Positions 17,636 through 26,654 of a stretch of 64,000 nt of DNA are shown in pieces. The stretch's first letter is position 1; each line of letters opens with the position of its first letter. The stretch spans positions 12,683-76,682 of the forward strand of contig LJNK01000013.1 in the NCBI GenBank assembly GCA_001303025.1, read 5' to 3'. The translations under genes were made by a program, and so were the position numbers. Below the pieces are notes generated by a model. The model was not told where the DNA came from. It did no database searches and saw only the letters and a program-made list of their open reading frames with translations. This stretch comes from Deltaproteobacteria bacterium SG8_13. GTDB lineage: Bacteria > Desulfobacterota > Desulfobacteria > Desulfobacterales > SG8-13.

Positions 17636-17674
17636 CTTCTATGCCAGTGTCGCGTCGGTTCGCAGCACCGACGA

Positions 17675-20600
17675 TCACTGCTGTCTGGATTGGCGCAGAG
17701 ACTGAATGCGGCGGACGGCAAACTCGTACTCGAACATCTCGTCCATGTAGGATCCAAGCGCTTCCCTGTAATGCAGCACGGCGCTGTTTTGATCTCCGGA
17801 ACCCTCTGCCCAGAATCCTAAAGCAGTGCGGGCTGTAAGCACGCACTCGGGACTTGCCGCAGCTGCCTCCAGCAGGGCCGACTCTTTCATTGTACCCTGA
17901 AGCGTACCGGCAACCTGCCGGTACCAGCGGTCACGGGTTCGTTTTTGGAACCGGTCCAACTCCACCTGCGCTTCTTCGGCTTTTCCCATTTTGTGAAGAA
18001 TTTCAGGTACCAGCAGCCCGATTTGCAAACGCCCTCGATTCTCCCGCCCTTGAAATGCCAGATACGCGCGAGCGGTTTCCAACCCCTGATCCCACAACTC
18101 TCCCATCAGATCTACAAAAACCTGAGCGGCCACCAGGTCCCGGTTGCCTGGATCGGCCCGGCGGAGCTGCAGCAGCAACTCCATCCTTTCTTCCAGGGGG
18201 GTCGATTTTTGGTTGAATCGGGCTGTCAGCACCGACAGATTTTCCTGCTCCTCCAGGCGCTTCTTCCTTGCGGCAACATGGCGCTGTTCGAAATCTTCGA
18301 CGGTTGTTGTATATGCCTTTCGATCTGCGGGCGGCAGCAGGGCCAGCCGATGTTCGCGAACCTGATCGAGAGCCGACAATGCCAGGTAGTAAATCCAGCT
18401 GCTGCCGTCGGCTGCCAGTATAGCCGACTGCAGGCTGGTCTCCGCTTCGGCCAGCACTCCCCGTTTTTCGGCCTGCAGACCCGCGATGTAATTCAGCCAG
18501 CTTTTTTCGCGGGGGTTATAGCCGCTTTGCGGGTCTGCCGGCAAGAGTATTTGCCCTTCCAGTATCCGGGTCATATAGCCGTAGAATTCATGGACAGACC
18601 GCCAGTCAAGCGTCAGCAGTTCCCTGCGATAGTCGCCGTTGCCGGGCCGGGATTCCATCCAATCAATCAGATACAGCATAAACAGCGCCAGGCCGTTGGT
18701 AGAGTCCATGGATCGGGCCTGGGTGAAGCGCTGCCTAGCCCCGCTCAGATCCGCTGTGCAAAGGTGCATAATAGCCGATGCCATTACCAGCGAGGGGTCC
18801 TGGCTGGTCAGCAGTTCATCCTCAGCCGCCTGCAGCGCTTGCGCCCATTGCCGGCGGTCGGCTGCCTCGATGATTCGCTTCAGCTTTACGTCAATGGACA
18901 AATCCAGCACGCCGTTCCATTTGGGCCGGCCGGCCATGATTTCCCGCAAAAAACCGGCGGCTTTGGATATCGGCAGCACCATGCCAAGATCCGAAAGCGG
19001 TGTGGCCACGGGAATCGGCGCCGTGGCCCATTCGACTGCTACGCTGGAAGCGATACCGATAACCTTGCCGTGCAGGTCGATAACCGGTCCACCGCTGTTG
19101 CCACGGTAAAGAGAGGTGTCTACCTGCAGAAAGTTTTCGAACGTGCGCCTGACATGCCCGCGGGTCACACTAACATTGACCGTTGCGCCCTGGGTGCTGC
19201 TGCCCAGAGGAAATCCCAGTGCGATTACCGGCAACAGCTTCGGAATATCGGACGGATCACTTCTTTCGTCCAGGGGCAGGGGTGTCAGGCCGGCCGGGAC
19301 CGGATCGATTTTCAGTACGGCGAAATCGTCCTGCAGGGGAGATGTAATCCTTTCCCTGGTGCTGCTCGGAGCTCGGGCCACTCCTAAAATCTGCAGCTGC
19401 CGCTTTCCGCGGGTGCTGTATGCGCGGTCCAGGTGATAGACATCATCCAACTGTTCGCTGGAGGAAAGCTCCGGTACCCGCTTGAAGGCCTGTTGGCCTT
19501 CAAACCAGAGAAATGCTCTGTATTCCAACTGCAGTGGGTGCGGTCCGAGCCGGTGGAGCAGAACGTAGATGTTCTGGTCTGTCAGCCAGGGACAAGCCAC
19601 GTGACGGTTGGTCAGCACATAACCCTGGGCATCTACCAGAAAGGCGGTACCTTCGCTGCGACCGCGGTAGTAGATTTGTCGCTCGTCTTTTACCCAGTAC
19701 TCCACCAGGACGAATCCAACCGATCCGGCGTAACGATTGGCATAGCCGGCCAGCCGGCTTTCGCTGTCACGCAGCGTGGGTGCGAAATGAAGCCAGGAGG
19801 CCAATCCAATGGCGGTCACCAGAATCAGCCCGCCGGCCACCAGCAGAAGCCAGCGCCTGAGCCCCCGGACTTCCCGGACCCAGGACAGGGTCGGCCGAAA
19901 GCGTCGTTGCGTAGCGGCCGCAAGGTCTTTATCGTGAATACGGTCAAGGGTTTCATACACTTCCGCCATGGATTGGGGCCGAAGGCTGGGGTCGTCCGCC
20001 AACATGATTTTAAACAAAACTTCCGCGTCCGGAGGCAATTCCAGTTCGTCAATGATGGGAGCACTGAAAACCGCGCTTTCGTGGTCGGCGGTGAGCAGTT
20101 CCATGAAAATCTTGCCCAAAGACCAGATGTCGCTTCTGAAGTCCAGGGGACGCCGATTGAGGATATCAGGGTGGCTTTTGAGAAGTTTCTTCAGCATCGG
20201 TCCCGGACGATCGAGTTCTGGATTGAGAAACCGGGACAGTTTGTAATCGATTTTCACTTCCAGACGCCGGTTTTTCCCCTCGAAGACGATGATATCATCG
20301 AGGATCAGGTGGGGAATAAAGTGTCCGGTACGGTGCAGGCCATCGAGAATGCGAGCGATTCTGGCAAAAAGCCGAAATGCGACCTGCAGGTCCTGCAGCC
20401 GGCCGGAAGCCAGCAGCGTGCCCCAGTTGATGGCGTCAAGCCACTCACTGACGCGATACCACAGGCCGTCTGAAGATTTGCGGATTTCGTAATGACGGAC
20501 GAAATAGTCTTCGGGGAGTGTGCGCAGTACATCCAGTTCCTGGGCAAGTCGTTCAGCAATGCGTTCGTCCACGCCTGATTGCGGCGTGAAGATCCGAATA

Positions 20601-20785
20601 ACAACCGGCTGTGTTGCCCCCTCCTTAACGGCCCGGCACAGAATGCTGGAATACCCCTCGTGCAGAATTTCTTCGATCCGGTAGTCGTCGATGGTCTTGC
20701 GACCTTCAACCACTTCATCGCCGCACGATGGGCAGCTGGAAATTTCTTCGGCCAGAAGTTGTCCGCAGGTCTGACACAGCTTCAT
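17675..20785 (-). CDS. Zinc-ribbon / pseudokinase / TM / trypsin-like serine protease / TPR multidomain protein
   Basis: - Zinc ribbon at the N-terminus: 'CQTCG...CPSCG'.
- The kinase fold is retained ('SDIWSLGKIFMELLT') but 'VVIR' replaces VAIK, 'PHLILDDII' replaces HRDLKPxN and 'DYK' replaces DFG.
- TM helix at about aa 311-333.
- Protease triad contexts: 'TNRHVA' (H395), 'DDFAVLKI' (D487) and 'GNSGGPV' (S564).
- The C-terminal ~400 aa is helical and TPR-like. Confidence 0.85.
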   Translation of the reverse strand: MKLCQTCGQLLAEEISSCPSCGDEVVEGRKTIDDYRIEEILHEGYSSILCRAVKEGATQPVVIRIFTPQSGVDERIAERLAQELDVLRTLPEDYFVRHYEIRKSSDGLWYRVSEWLDAINWGTLLASGRLQDLQVAFRLFARIARILDGLHRTGHFIPHLILDDIIVFEGKNRRLEVKIDYKLSRFLNPELDRPGPMLKKLLKSHPDILNRRPLDFRSDIWSLGKIFMELLTADHESAVFSAPIIDELELPPDAEVLFKIMLADDPSLRPQSMAEVYETLDRIHDKDLAAATQRRFRPTLSWVREVRGLRRWLLLVAGGLILVTAIGLASWLHFAPTLRDSESRLAGYANRYAGSVGFVLVEYWVKDERQIYYRGRSEGTAFLVDAQGYVLTNRHVACPWLTDQNIYVLLHRLGPHPLQLEYRAFLWFEGQQAFKRVPELSSSEQLDDVYHLDRAYSTRGKRQLQILGVARAPSSTRERITSPLQDDFAVLKIDPVPAGLTPLPLDERSDPSDIPKLLPVIALGFPLGSSTQGATVNVSVTRGHVRRTFENFLQVDTSLYRGNSGGPVIDLHGKVIGIASSVAVEWATAPIPVATPLSDLGMVLPISKAAGFLREIMAGRPKWNGVLDLSIDVKLKRIIEAADRRQWAQALQAAEDELLTSQDPSLVMASAIMHLCTADLSGARQRFTQARSMDSTNGLALFMLYLIDWMESRPGNGDYRRELLTLDWRSVHEFYGYMTRILEGQILLPADPQSGYNPREKSWLNYIAGLQAEKRGVLAEAETSLQSAILAADGSSWIYYLALSALDQVREHRLALLPPADRKAYTTTVEDFEQRHVAARKKRLEEQENLSVLTARFNQKSTPLEERMELLLQLRRADPGNRDLVAAQVFVDLMGELWDQGLETARAYLAFQGRENRGRLQIGLLVPEILHKMGKAEEAQVELDRFQKRTRDRWYRQVAGTLQGTMKESALLEAAAASPECVLTARTALGFWAEGSGDQNSAVLHYREALGSYMDEMFEYEFAVRRIQSLRQSRQQ

Positions 20786-20788
20786 CGG

Positions 20789-21718
20789 TTAGCATCCCTC
20801 CCGCGCCGCGGCCACAATCGAATGGATCGATTCGGGGTAGACCCAGCTGTCGATAGTGCAGCCCCCGGCCAGCAGAAAGCGCGTGCGGCCTCCCATCCCG
20901 ATTCCCTCGGCCGCGTGCTGTTTCAGAAATGCCGGTGTCCTGCGACTGACGATCGTCTGGTCTATTCCCCCCATCACGCAGCCGGAAATCCTCTCCTTTA
21001 CCCACTGAAGAGAAGGACCTTTCGGTCCGCGATCCCACCAGCTGAAGATGGCAGCGGGGAAATCGATCGCATCATCGAAAAAAAGTGTTTCCCCATGAAC
21101 ATGGACCGTGTTCATTTTCGCCCGATCGGCGACCGCCTCCAGTAGCCGGGTCGCGAAGGGTTTGACGAATGTGAGAAATTCCTGTCGGGTGAGGATTTCC
21201 GCTCCGGCGGCCACGGAGAGAAAAATGCCGGCGGAGCCGATCTTCAGCGATTGTTTGCAGTAGTGGATCAAGTTGTCGGTCACCACCTCCAGGGCGTCGA
21301 GCAGGGCATCCGGCGCGGACTGCATCAGCGCCTGGATATGCTCGCCGGCCATGGCCCTCCGGATGCTTTGCCAGGGATCGAACACGGTATCGATAAAATA
21401 GGCTCGCCCTTTGAGTTCCGTCGAGATGCGATCCAGTGCGATGAACTGTTGCTTCCAGACCGATTCGATATCCAGCGGACCGATGCGGTGCAGGTCATCT
21501 TCGGATGCGACCGCCTTCAGACCAACCGGCGGGGGATAGAAGATATCGTTCATGACCTTCAGGAAATCGAAGTCATAGTATTCGAATTGCTCCAGGGTGA
21601 TGTTTGCAAACTGTTTTCCACTTCCGTGCTGGACACCGAAGTGATACCAGAGCGAAACCGGCGGGCAATCGACTTCCTGCCCGCTTAACACCCGGTCGAC
21701 TTTGTTGATCTTTTCCAC
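20789..21718 (-). CDS. Uroporphyrinogen decarboxylase (URO-D) family protein (MtaA/CmuA-like methyltransferase fold)
   Basis: The N-terminus 'VDRVLSGQEVDCPPVSLW' and the overall pattern fit the URO-D family. The preferred start is GTG 21718, which follows AAGGAG; the track ORF starts at TTG 21793. Its stop lies 3 nt before the start of the downstream gene. Confidence 0.65.
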   Translation of the reverse strand: MEKINKVDRVLSGQEVDCPPVSLWYHFGVQHGSGKQFANITLEQFEYYDFDFLKVMNDIFYPPPVGLKAVASEDDLHRIGPLDIESVWKQQFIALDRISTELKGRAYFIDTVFDPWQSIRRAMAGEHIQALMQSAPDALLDALEVVTDNLIHYCKQSLKIGSAGIFLSVAAGAEILTRQEFLTFVKPFATRLLEAVADRAKMNTVHVHGETLFFDDAIDFPAAIFSWWDRGPKGPSLQWVKERISGCVMGGIDQTIVSRRTPAFLKQHAAEGIGMGGRTRFLLAGGCTIDSWVYPESIHSIVAAAREGC

Positions 21719-21874
21719 TGGCTCGACTCTCCTTTTCTTTCCCCCGAACACTGTAAACGTGCGGTTCCCGGAACAAATCGGCAGCTTCCCCAAGTGCGGT
21801 TGTCTTTGCTTGCAGGTCGTATTCAGCTAACGCCATTTTCATGCGTCTTCGCGGATGCGGGATGCTACCGCGAT

Positions 21875-23848
21875 TCAGCCGATCCGGCAGGAAGTGTCCA
21901 TTATTTCCTGAATGGTGAGCGAAAGTTGTTCTATTTTAAACGGTTTCTGAATGAATGCGGCGCACCCTTCCTTCAGTATTTCTTCGGCCTGCCCCTCCAT
22001 GGCGTATCCGCTGGCGAGCAACACCCGCACCTGCGGATCGATCTGCTTCAGACGCCGGTATGTTTCCTTTCCGCTGATTCCGGGCATGATCATGTCCAGA
22101 ACAACCACATCGATTGCTTCGGCATTTTTTGAGAAAATCCCAAGCGCTTTGTCACCGCTGTCGGCCGTATATACGGTGTAGCCGAGCAGCTTCATGCTGT
22201 CGCCGCAGACCGTCAGGACTTTTTCTTCGTCGTCCACCAGCAAAATGGTTTCTCGTCCCAGGATTTTCTGGAGAGACGGCTTTTCCACTCGCGCGGTCCT
22301 GCGCTCGGTAGCCGGCAAGTAAATGGTAAAGGTCGTTCCAACCCTTTGTTTGCTGACCACTTGGATGAAGCCGCCGTGGTTTTTTATTATACCGTAGGCC
22401 ACGTAAAGGCCGAGCCCTGATCCCTTACCGAACTGCTTGGTGGTGAAAAAGGGATCGAAGATGCGCTCCAGAGTCTTCTCATCCATCCCGATGCCGGTGT
22501 CAGACACGGTGATCTTTACATGCCTGCCGGGCTTTAGGTGTGTGGAACCGATCAGCATGTGCTCATGAGAAAGATATATATTCTCTGTTTTGATGGCAAT
22601 GCGACCGCCTTCCGGCATGGCGTGCCCCGCATTCACATACAGGTTTAGCAGCACCTGTTCGATCTGGGAGGAATCCGCCAGCACCGGTAGAACCACGGGT
22701 ACCAGATCTTCTGCGATGGTGATTTCCTTGCGGGTGCGGCCGAACATGCGACTTTGTTTGCGTATCAATTCGTTGACATCGGTCGGCTTGATCTCCAGGG
22801 CTCCGCCCTTGGCCAGAGTGAGCAACTGCCTTGTCAAGCCGGCGCCGTCCTGAACGTACTGTTCGATGGTTCGCACCTGTTTCAAAAACGGGTTGTCGGG
22901 TTCCATCTTCAGCCGCATGAGCGACACGACGCCCTGCACGCCCATCAACAGGTTGTTGAAGTCATGGGCAAGCCCCCCGGCAAGATTGCCGATGGCCTCC
23001 ATCTTCTTCGCCTGGATCAGTTGGGTTTCCAATGCTTTTCGATAGGTCGTATCCCGGGCGACGCCATAGGTGCCCACCTGGACGCGAGGTCCGCGAGCGC
23101 TTTCCCGGCGATACATCCCGGTGGCGTTGAGTTCGACGACGGCATATGCCGGTTTCTTGCCCTCCGTGGCTTTTATCCGCGGACCGGGTTTCAGGCGGAG
23201 TTCGAAACCGGCGGTTGCGCGTTCGCCGGTGCGCCGTTCATTGAAGCGCCATCGGGATCGAGCGATGTCATCCTCGTAGAGGATGGAGCGGTAATGTTTG
23301 CCGATCAGATCGGTCGTATGGTAACCGAACAGATCGGTGGCCGCTTCGTTGACAAAGGTGAAATTTCCGCGTTTATCCAGTGTGTAAATCATATCCGGAG
23401 AATTTTGTATCATGAAACGGAATCGCTTTTCCGAGACTTTCAACCGGTCTTCCATAATCCGGGTTTTTTCCAGGAGCTTGCGCTGCCGCAGCGCATTATT
23501 GATTGTTTTTTCCAGGTCTTCCGCTTCAAACGGCTTGCGCAGGTAATCGTGGGCACCTCTTTTCAACGCATGTACGGCTGAATCCACGGAAGCGTCGCCG
23601 GTCATCAACACTACCGGCGCTTCCGGCCTTTTTGCCAGGATGCGCTCCATCAGGCCGAAACCGTCGATATCCGGGATGAAAATGTCCAGCAGAAACAGGT
23701 CGAACTCTTTTTGCCCGATGGTTTCCATAGCGGTCTTGCCCGAGGTGGCTACTTCCACGTCCAGTCCCCGGTTTTCCAGCATGGTTTTCACACTGAGGCA
23801 CATCTTCTGCTCATCATCTACAACGAGCACGGCTGGGCGCTGTTTCAT
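21875..23848 (-). CDS. Hybrid sensor histidine kinase / response regulator (REC-PAS-HisKA-HATPase-REC)
   Basis: - N-terminal receiver: 'VLVVDDEQ...[11 protein letters not shown]'.
- PAS-like middle region.
- H-box 'LAHDFNNLL', G1 'DTGIGM', G2 'GSGLGL'.
- C-terminal receiver: 'ILLVDDEE...[10 protein letters not shown]'. Confidence 0.9.
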   Translation of the reverse strand: MKQRPAVLVVDDEQKMCLSVKTMLENRGLDVEVATSGKTAMETIGQKEFDLFLLDIFIPDIDGFGLMERILAKRPEAPVVLMTGDASVDSAVHALKRGAHDYLRKPFEAEDLEKTINNALRQRKLLEKTRIMEDRLKVSEKRFRFMIQNSPDMIYTLDKRGNFTFVNEAATDLFGYHTTDLIGKHYRSILYEDDIARSRWRFNERRTGERATAGFELRLKPGPRIKATEGKKPAYAVVELNATGMYRRESARGPRVQVGTYGVARDTTYRKALETQLIQAKKMEAIGNLAGGLAHDFNNLLMGVQGVVSLMRLKMEPDNPFLKQVRTIEQYVQDGAGLTRQLLTLAKGGALEIKPTDVNELIRKQSRMFGRTRKEITIAEDLVPVVLPVLADSSQIEQVLLNLYVNAGHAMPEGGRIAIKTENIYLSHEHMLIGSTHLKPGRHVKITVSDTGIGMDEKTLERIFDPFFTTKQFGKGSGLGLYVAYGIIKNHGGFIQVVSKQRVGTTFTIYLPATERRTARVEKPSLQKILGRETILLVDDEEKVLTVCGDSMKLLGYTVYTADSGDKALGIFSKNAEAIDVVVLDMIMPGISGKETYRRLKQIDPQVRVLLASGYAMEGQAEEILKEGCAAFIQKPFKIEQLSLTIQEIMDTSCRIG

Positions 23849-26004
23849 ATGCTTTTCTCCGTTTCAGTCCTGTCTGCGTTTGTATTGCACGGCAGGGCAA
23901 TCTGAAAACTGGTGCCCTTGTCTTCACGGCTTTGACACTGAATTTCCCCGTTGTAACGGTGAATGATTTCCTTGCAGATCGACAGGCCCAGGCCGAAATT
24001 CTCGGGCCCCTTGGAGCTGCTGCCGGGTGTAAACAGGTGCTGTCTGATCGGATCCGGGATTCCCGGGCCGTCGTCCCGAATTTCAATCAGAATATTCCCC
24101 CGGCCATTGCCTGTGTTATTCTGACGGTAGGCGGTGTGGATGAAGATGTTGCCTCCATCCGGCATGGCCTCGATCGAGTTTTTCAACAAGTTGGTAAACA
24201 CCTGTACCAGGTTTCCCCGGTTTCCCGGGAAAGACGGCAGTTGCGGGTCGGGCGCAAAATGCAGGGAGATCTTTGACGGCTCCAGGACCGATTTTTTCAA
24301 CAGCTTTGACAGATCGTACAGGATATTGTTGATGTCGACGATTTCCGCCGCTGCTCCGGCGGGTCTCTCCGATGCGGTAAGCTGTTGGATAATGCCGGGG
24401 ATTCGATCGATTTCTTCCCGAATCAGCTCGATTTCTTCCTGCCCCTGCCCAATATCACGCACTTTGGGGCCGAGTATGTTCAGATAGTTTTTAATGATTC
24501 CCAGCGGATTGTTGACTTCATGGATTACCCGCCTTACCGCATCTCGATCCATGACACTTGCTGTTGAGACGCGCTGGCTATTCTTGTGAGCGCTGCTTTT
24601 GTCTTCCAATGCGGTTGCTGCTTTGTCGGCAAATTGCCGCAGTAGTGCAATCTGCTCGGATAGCACCGGAAATTGCGACTCGTCGATACCGCCGACAATG
24701 ATGCCGACTTGCTTCCCCCGGTTTTCAAGAGGGATACAGACCATGCCCTCGGTGCCGAGCAGGCGTAGCAGTTGCTCATCGGCGATGGATAACAGCTCGC
24801 CGGACAGATAGCCGAAAGAGTCGATGAATTCATTTTTGATGACGGCAGCCGCTGCCAGGCTTGCTCCCGGCTTGACCGGCATTTCGATTCCGTCAATCAG
24901 GTTGTCGGCTGAGCAGCCGGCGGTTGATTTAGCTGTAAGAACGTTGCGTATCGGATTGTAGTAAAAGAAACAGACCGGCAGGATGTCGAATAAGATCTGC
25001 AGTGTCAGGCAGAGTTCTTTCTGGGTGCTTTCTCGATCGCTGTGTGCATCGATTTCCCCGGCAGCGATATGAACCATGGAGAGCTCTCTGAACTCCCTCA
25101 GAAAGTCATAAATGGGCAGAAAGCCTTCCGTCGTTTCGCTGAACTGTGAATCGGAAAAAACCTCCGGTCGGAGTCCCAAAAACCGGTATACCGATTCCAC
25201 GGTGCGATTTGCCTCGGCTAGCAGACTGCCGATTTGCTCCGGCGTTTGCTGCAAACCGATGGATTGCAGCACCTCTGCCAGCGTATAAGGGTCCTGCTGG
25301 CGGTAGTAGATAATATTGGCCGCATACACGACGCGCACATGCGGCATGGCGTGGATGATTTCCGCCACCGGACGGTGATGATATAGAATGGCATCTGCGA
25401 CCATCGGCCGCAGGTCGGCTTCGCGCGCCAGGCGCCATCCGGCCTCGCAGTGGTTGGTGCCGATGCGGTTGTTTTCTTTATCTACGGGTGCTGGATCGGT
25501 CGCCCGGTCTTGAAATAGGGGGTCATATTCCTTCTTGAAATTGGTCCACAGCAACAGCTGTCCGATGTCATGCATCAGACCTGCCAGATACGCGTCACCG
25601 GGAGAAAGGTTGCCCTGTCGTTCAGCTAGTTTTCGCGCCAGGACGGCACATTGAACACAATGGTGCCAGAAGCGGTTCAATTTGACGGCCGAATGGCGCA
25701 TGGCGTTGTTGGTGATCGGTGTCGCCAGCGCAACGAGCGCCAATTTGCGCATGTTAACCGGACCCAGTAAGGAGATGACTTTCTCTATACTTCGAATACC
25801 GGTGACGCCCGGCATCCAGCTTTTGGCAAGTCGCATCAGCTTGGTTGCAATGGCCGGGTCGAGCAGAGCGATGCGAACGATGTCTTCGACGCTGCGAGAA
25901 TTGTCCCGGCAAACTTCTATCAACTTAAACAACAGTTGGGGCAAACTGGGAAGGGGGATGGCGGTATTGATCTTATTTACGATTTGGGGAAGTTCTCTCA
26001 CCAT
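23845..26004 (-). CDS. HDOD-domain sensor histidine kinase
   Basis: It has an N-terminal HDOD pattern ('LPSLPQLLFKLIEVCRD...LLDPAIATKLMRLA', 'GLMHDIGQLLL'). The C-terminus carries the H-box 'IHEVNNPLG', N-box 'NLLKNSIEAM', 'DDGPGI' and 'GLGLS'. A 4-nt overlap with the downstream kinase gene suggests an operon. Confidence 0.85.
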   Translation of the reverse strand: MVRELPQIVNKINTAIPLPSLPQLLFKLIEVCRDNSRSVEDIVRIALLDPAIATKLMRLAKSWMPGVTGIRSIEKVISLLGPVNMRKLALVALATPITNNAMRHSAVKLNRFWHHCVQCAVLARKLAERQGNLSPGDAYLAGLMHDIGQLLLWTNFKKEYDPLFQDRATDPAPVDKENNRIGTNHCEAGWRLAREADLRPMVADAILYHHRPVAEIIHAMPHVRVVYAANIIYYRQQDPYTLAEVLQSIGLQQTPEQIGSLLAEANRTVESVYRFLGLRPEVFSDSQFSETTEGFLPIYDFLREFRELSMVHIAAGEIDAHSDRESTQKELCLTLQILFDILPVCFFYYNPIRNVLTAKSTAGCSADNLIDGIEMPVKPGASLAAAAVIKNEFIDSFGYLSGELLSIADEQLLRLLGTEGMVCIPLENRGKQVGIIVGGIDESQFPVLSEQIALLRQFADKAATALEDKSSAHKNSQRVSTASVMDRDAVRRVIHEVNNPLGIIKNYLNILGPKVRDIGQGQEEIELIREEIDRIPGIIQQLTASERPAGAAAEIVDINNILYDLSKLLKKSVLEPSKISLHFAPDPQLPSFPGNRGNLVQVFTNLLKNSIEAMPDGGNIFIHTAYRQNNTGNGRGNILIEIRDDGPGIPDPIRQHLFTPGSSSKGPENFGLGLSICKEIIHRYNGEIQCQSREDKGTSFQIALPCNTNADRTETEKSI

Positions 26005-26654
26005 CGACTCGCCAATACCAAACTTTTCTGCTTTTCTGCCGAACCCGAGCCCATCTGCACGTTTCCTGAATCACTATCCGTCATGCCGACGAAAATGACG
26101 AAACCATGCTGCCAGAAACGACATGCGAACCATCATTCGCTTGAACCTTGCTCATTTGCCGGTCGCTACCCCCGCTGTAGGCATCGAGGTTTGTCTGCAC
26201 ACCGGAGAGGGGAAAGCGGTTGACAAACTTTCAAGAGCTTGCGGTACGAACCACAGGCAGTACCTCGATACCCCTGAGCGCTTTGCATCTGGGCGAGTGC
26301 AATAAAAGCGGATCAAGTAAGTCTGCGCGATTTCTTCTGAAATTTCAATCTAAACTAATACATATGGTATGTCAAAGAAAATATGGCACAGCATATTGTG
26401 TTTCCCGGACGTGCCGGGAGTTTGGAAAGCGGCGGTAGGGGCGGCAATTCGCATACCTTGCTGCCATCGGATTGCTCCGGATGTTTTCAAGGCTTTCGCT
26501 TCCCCACAGCATTACTTTTTATGCCGAAAAGTGGTAGTAAATTACAGAGTAGGGGCGGCTGGGAACGGGTCCGACGAGGAGCTTGCGGGAAAGGGTGGCG
26601 ATCGATTTGAAGCGGCGTTCTATCCGGGATGGGGGTCGATGGTTGCCGGCATAT

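Noticed and set aside
17945-20473. Plus-strand ORFs 17945..19387 (480 aa) and 19433..20473 (346 aa).
   Set aside because: They are antisense to the 1036-aa pseudokinase-protease gene, whose motifs are clear. Their composition is low-information, so they are shadow ORFs.
26384-26399. TGGCACAGCATATTGT, a sigma-54-like element in the 650-bp non-coding region.
   Set aside because: The -12 element is TTGT and is shifted by 1 nt relative to GG-N10-GC. No plus-strand gene lies downstream. There is not enough evidence to call it a promoter.
26552-26580. 'GGGGCGGCUGGGAACGGGUCCGACG', which is reminiscent of a tmRNA 5' end.
   Set aside because: Only about 100 nt remain before the converging CDS at 26655. 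No tag-ORF, pseudoknots or tRNA-like 3' end (…CCACCA) can be found, so the resemblance is coincidental.
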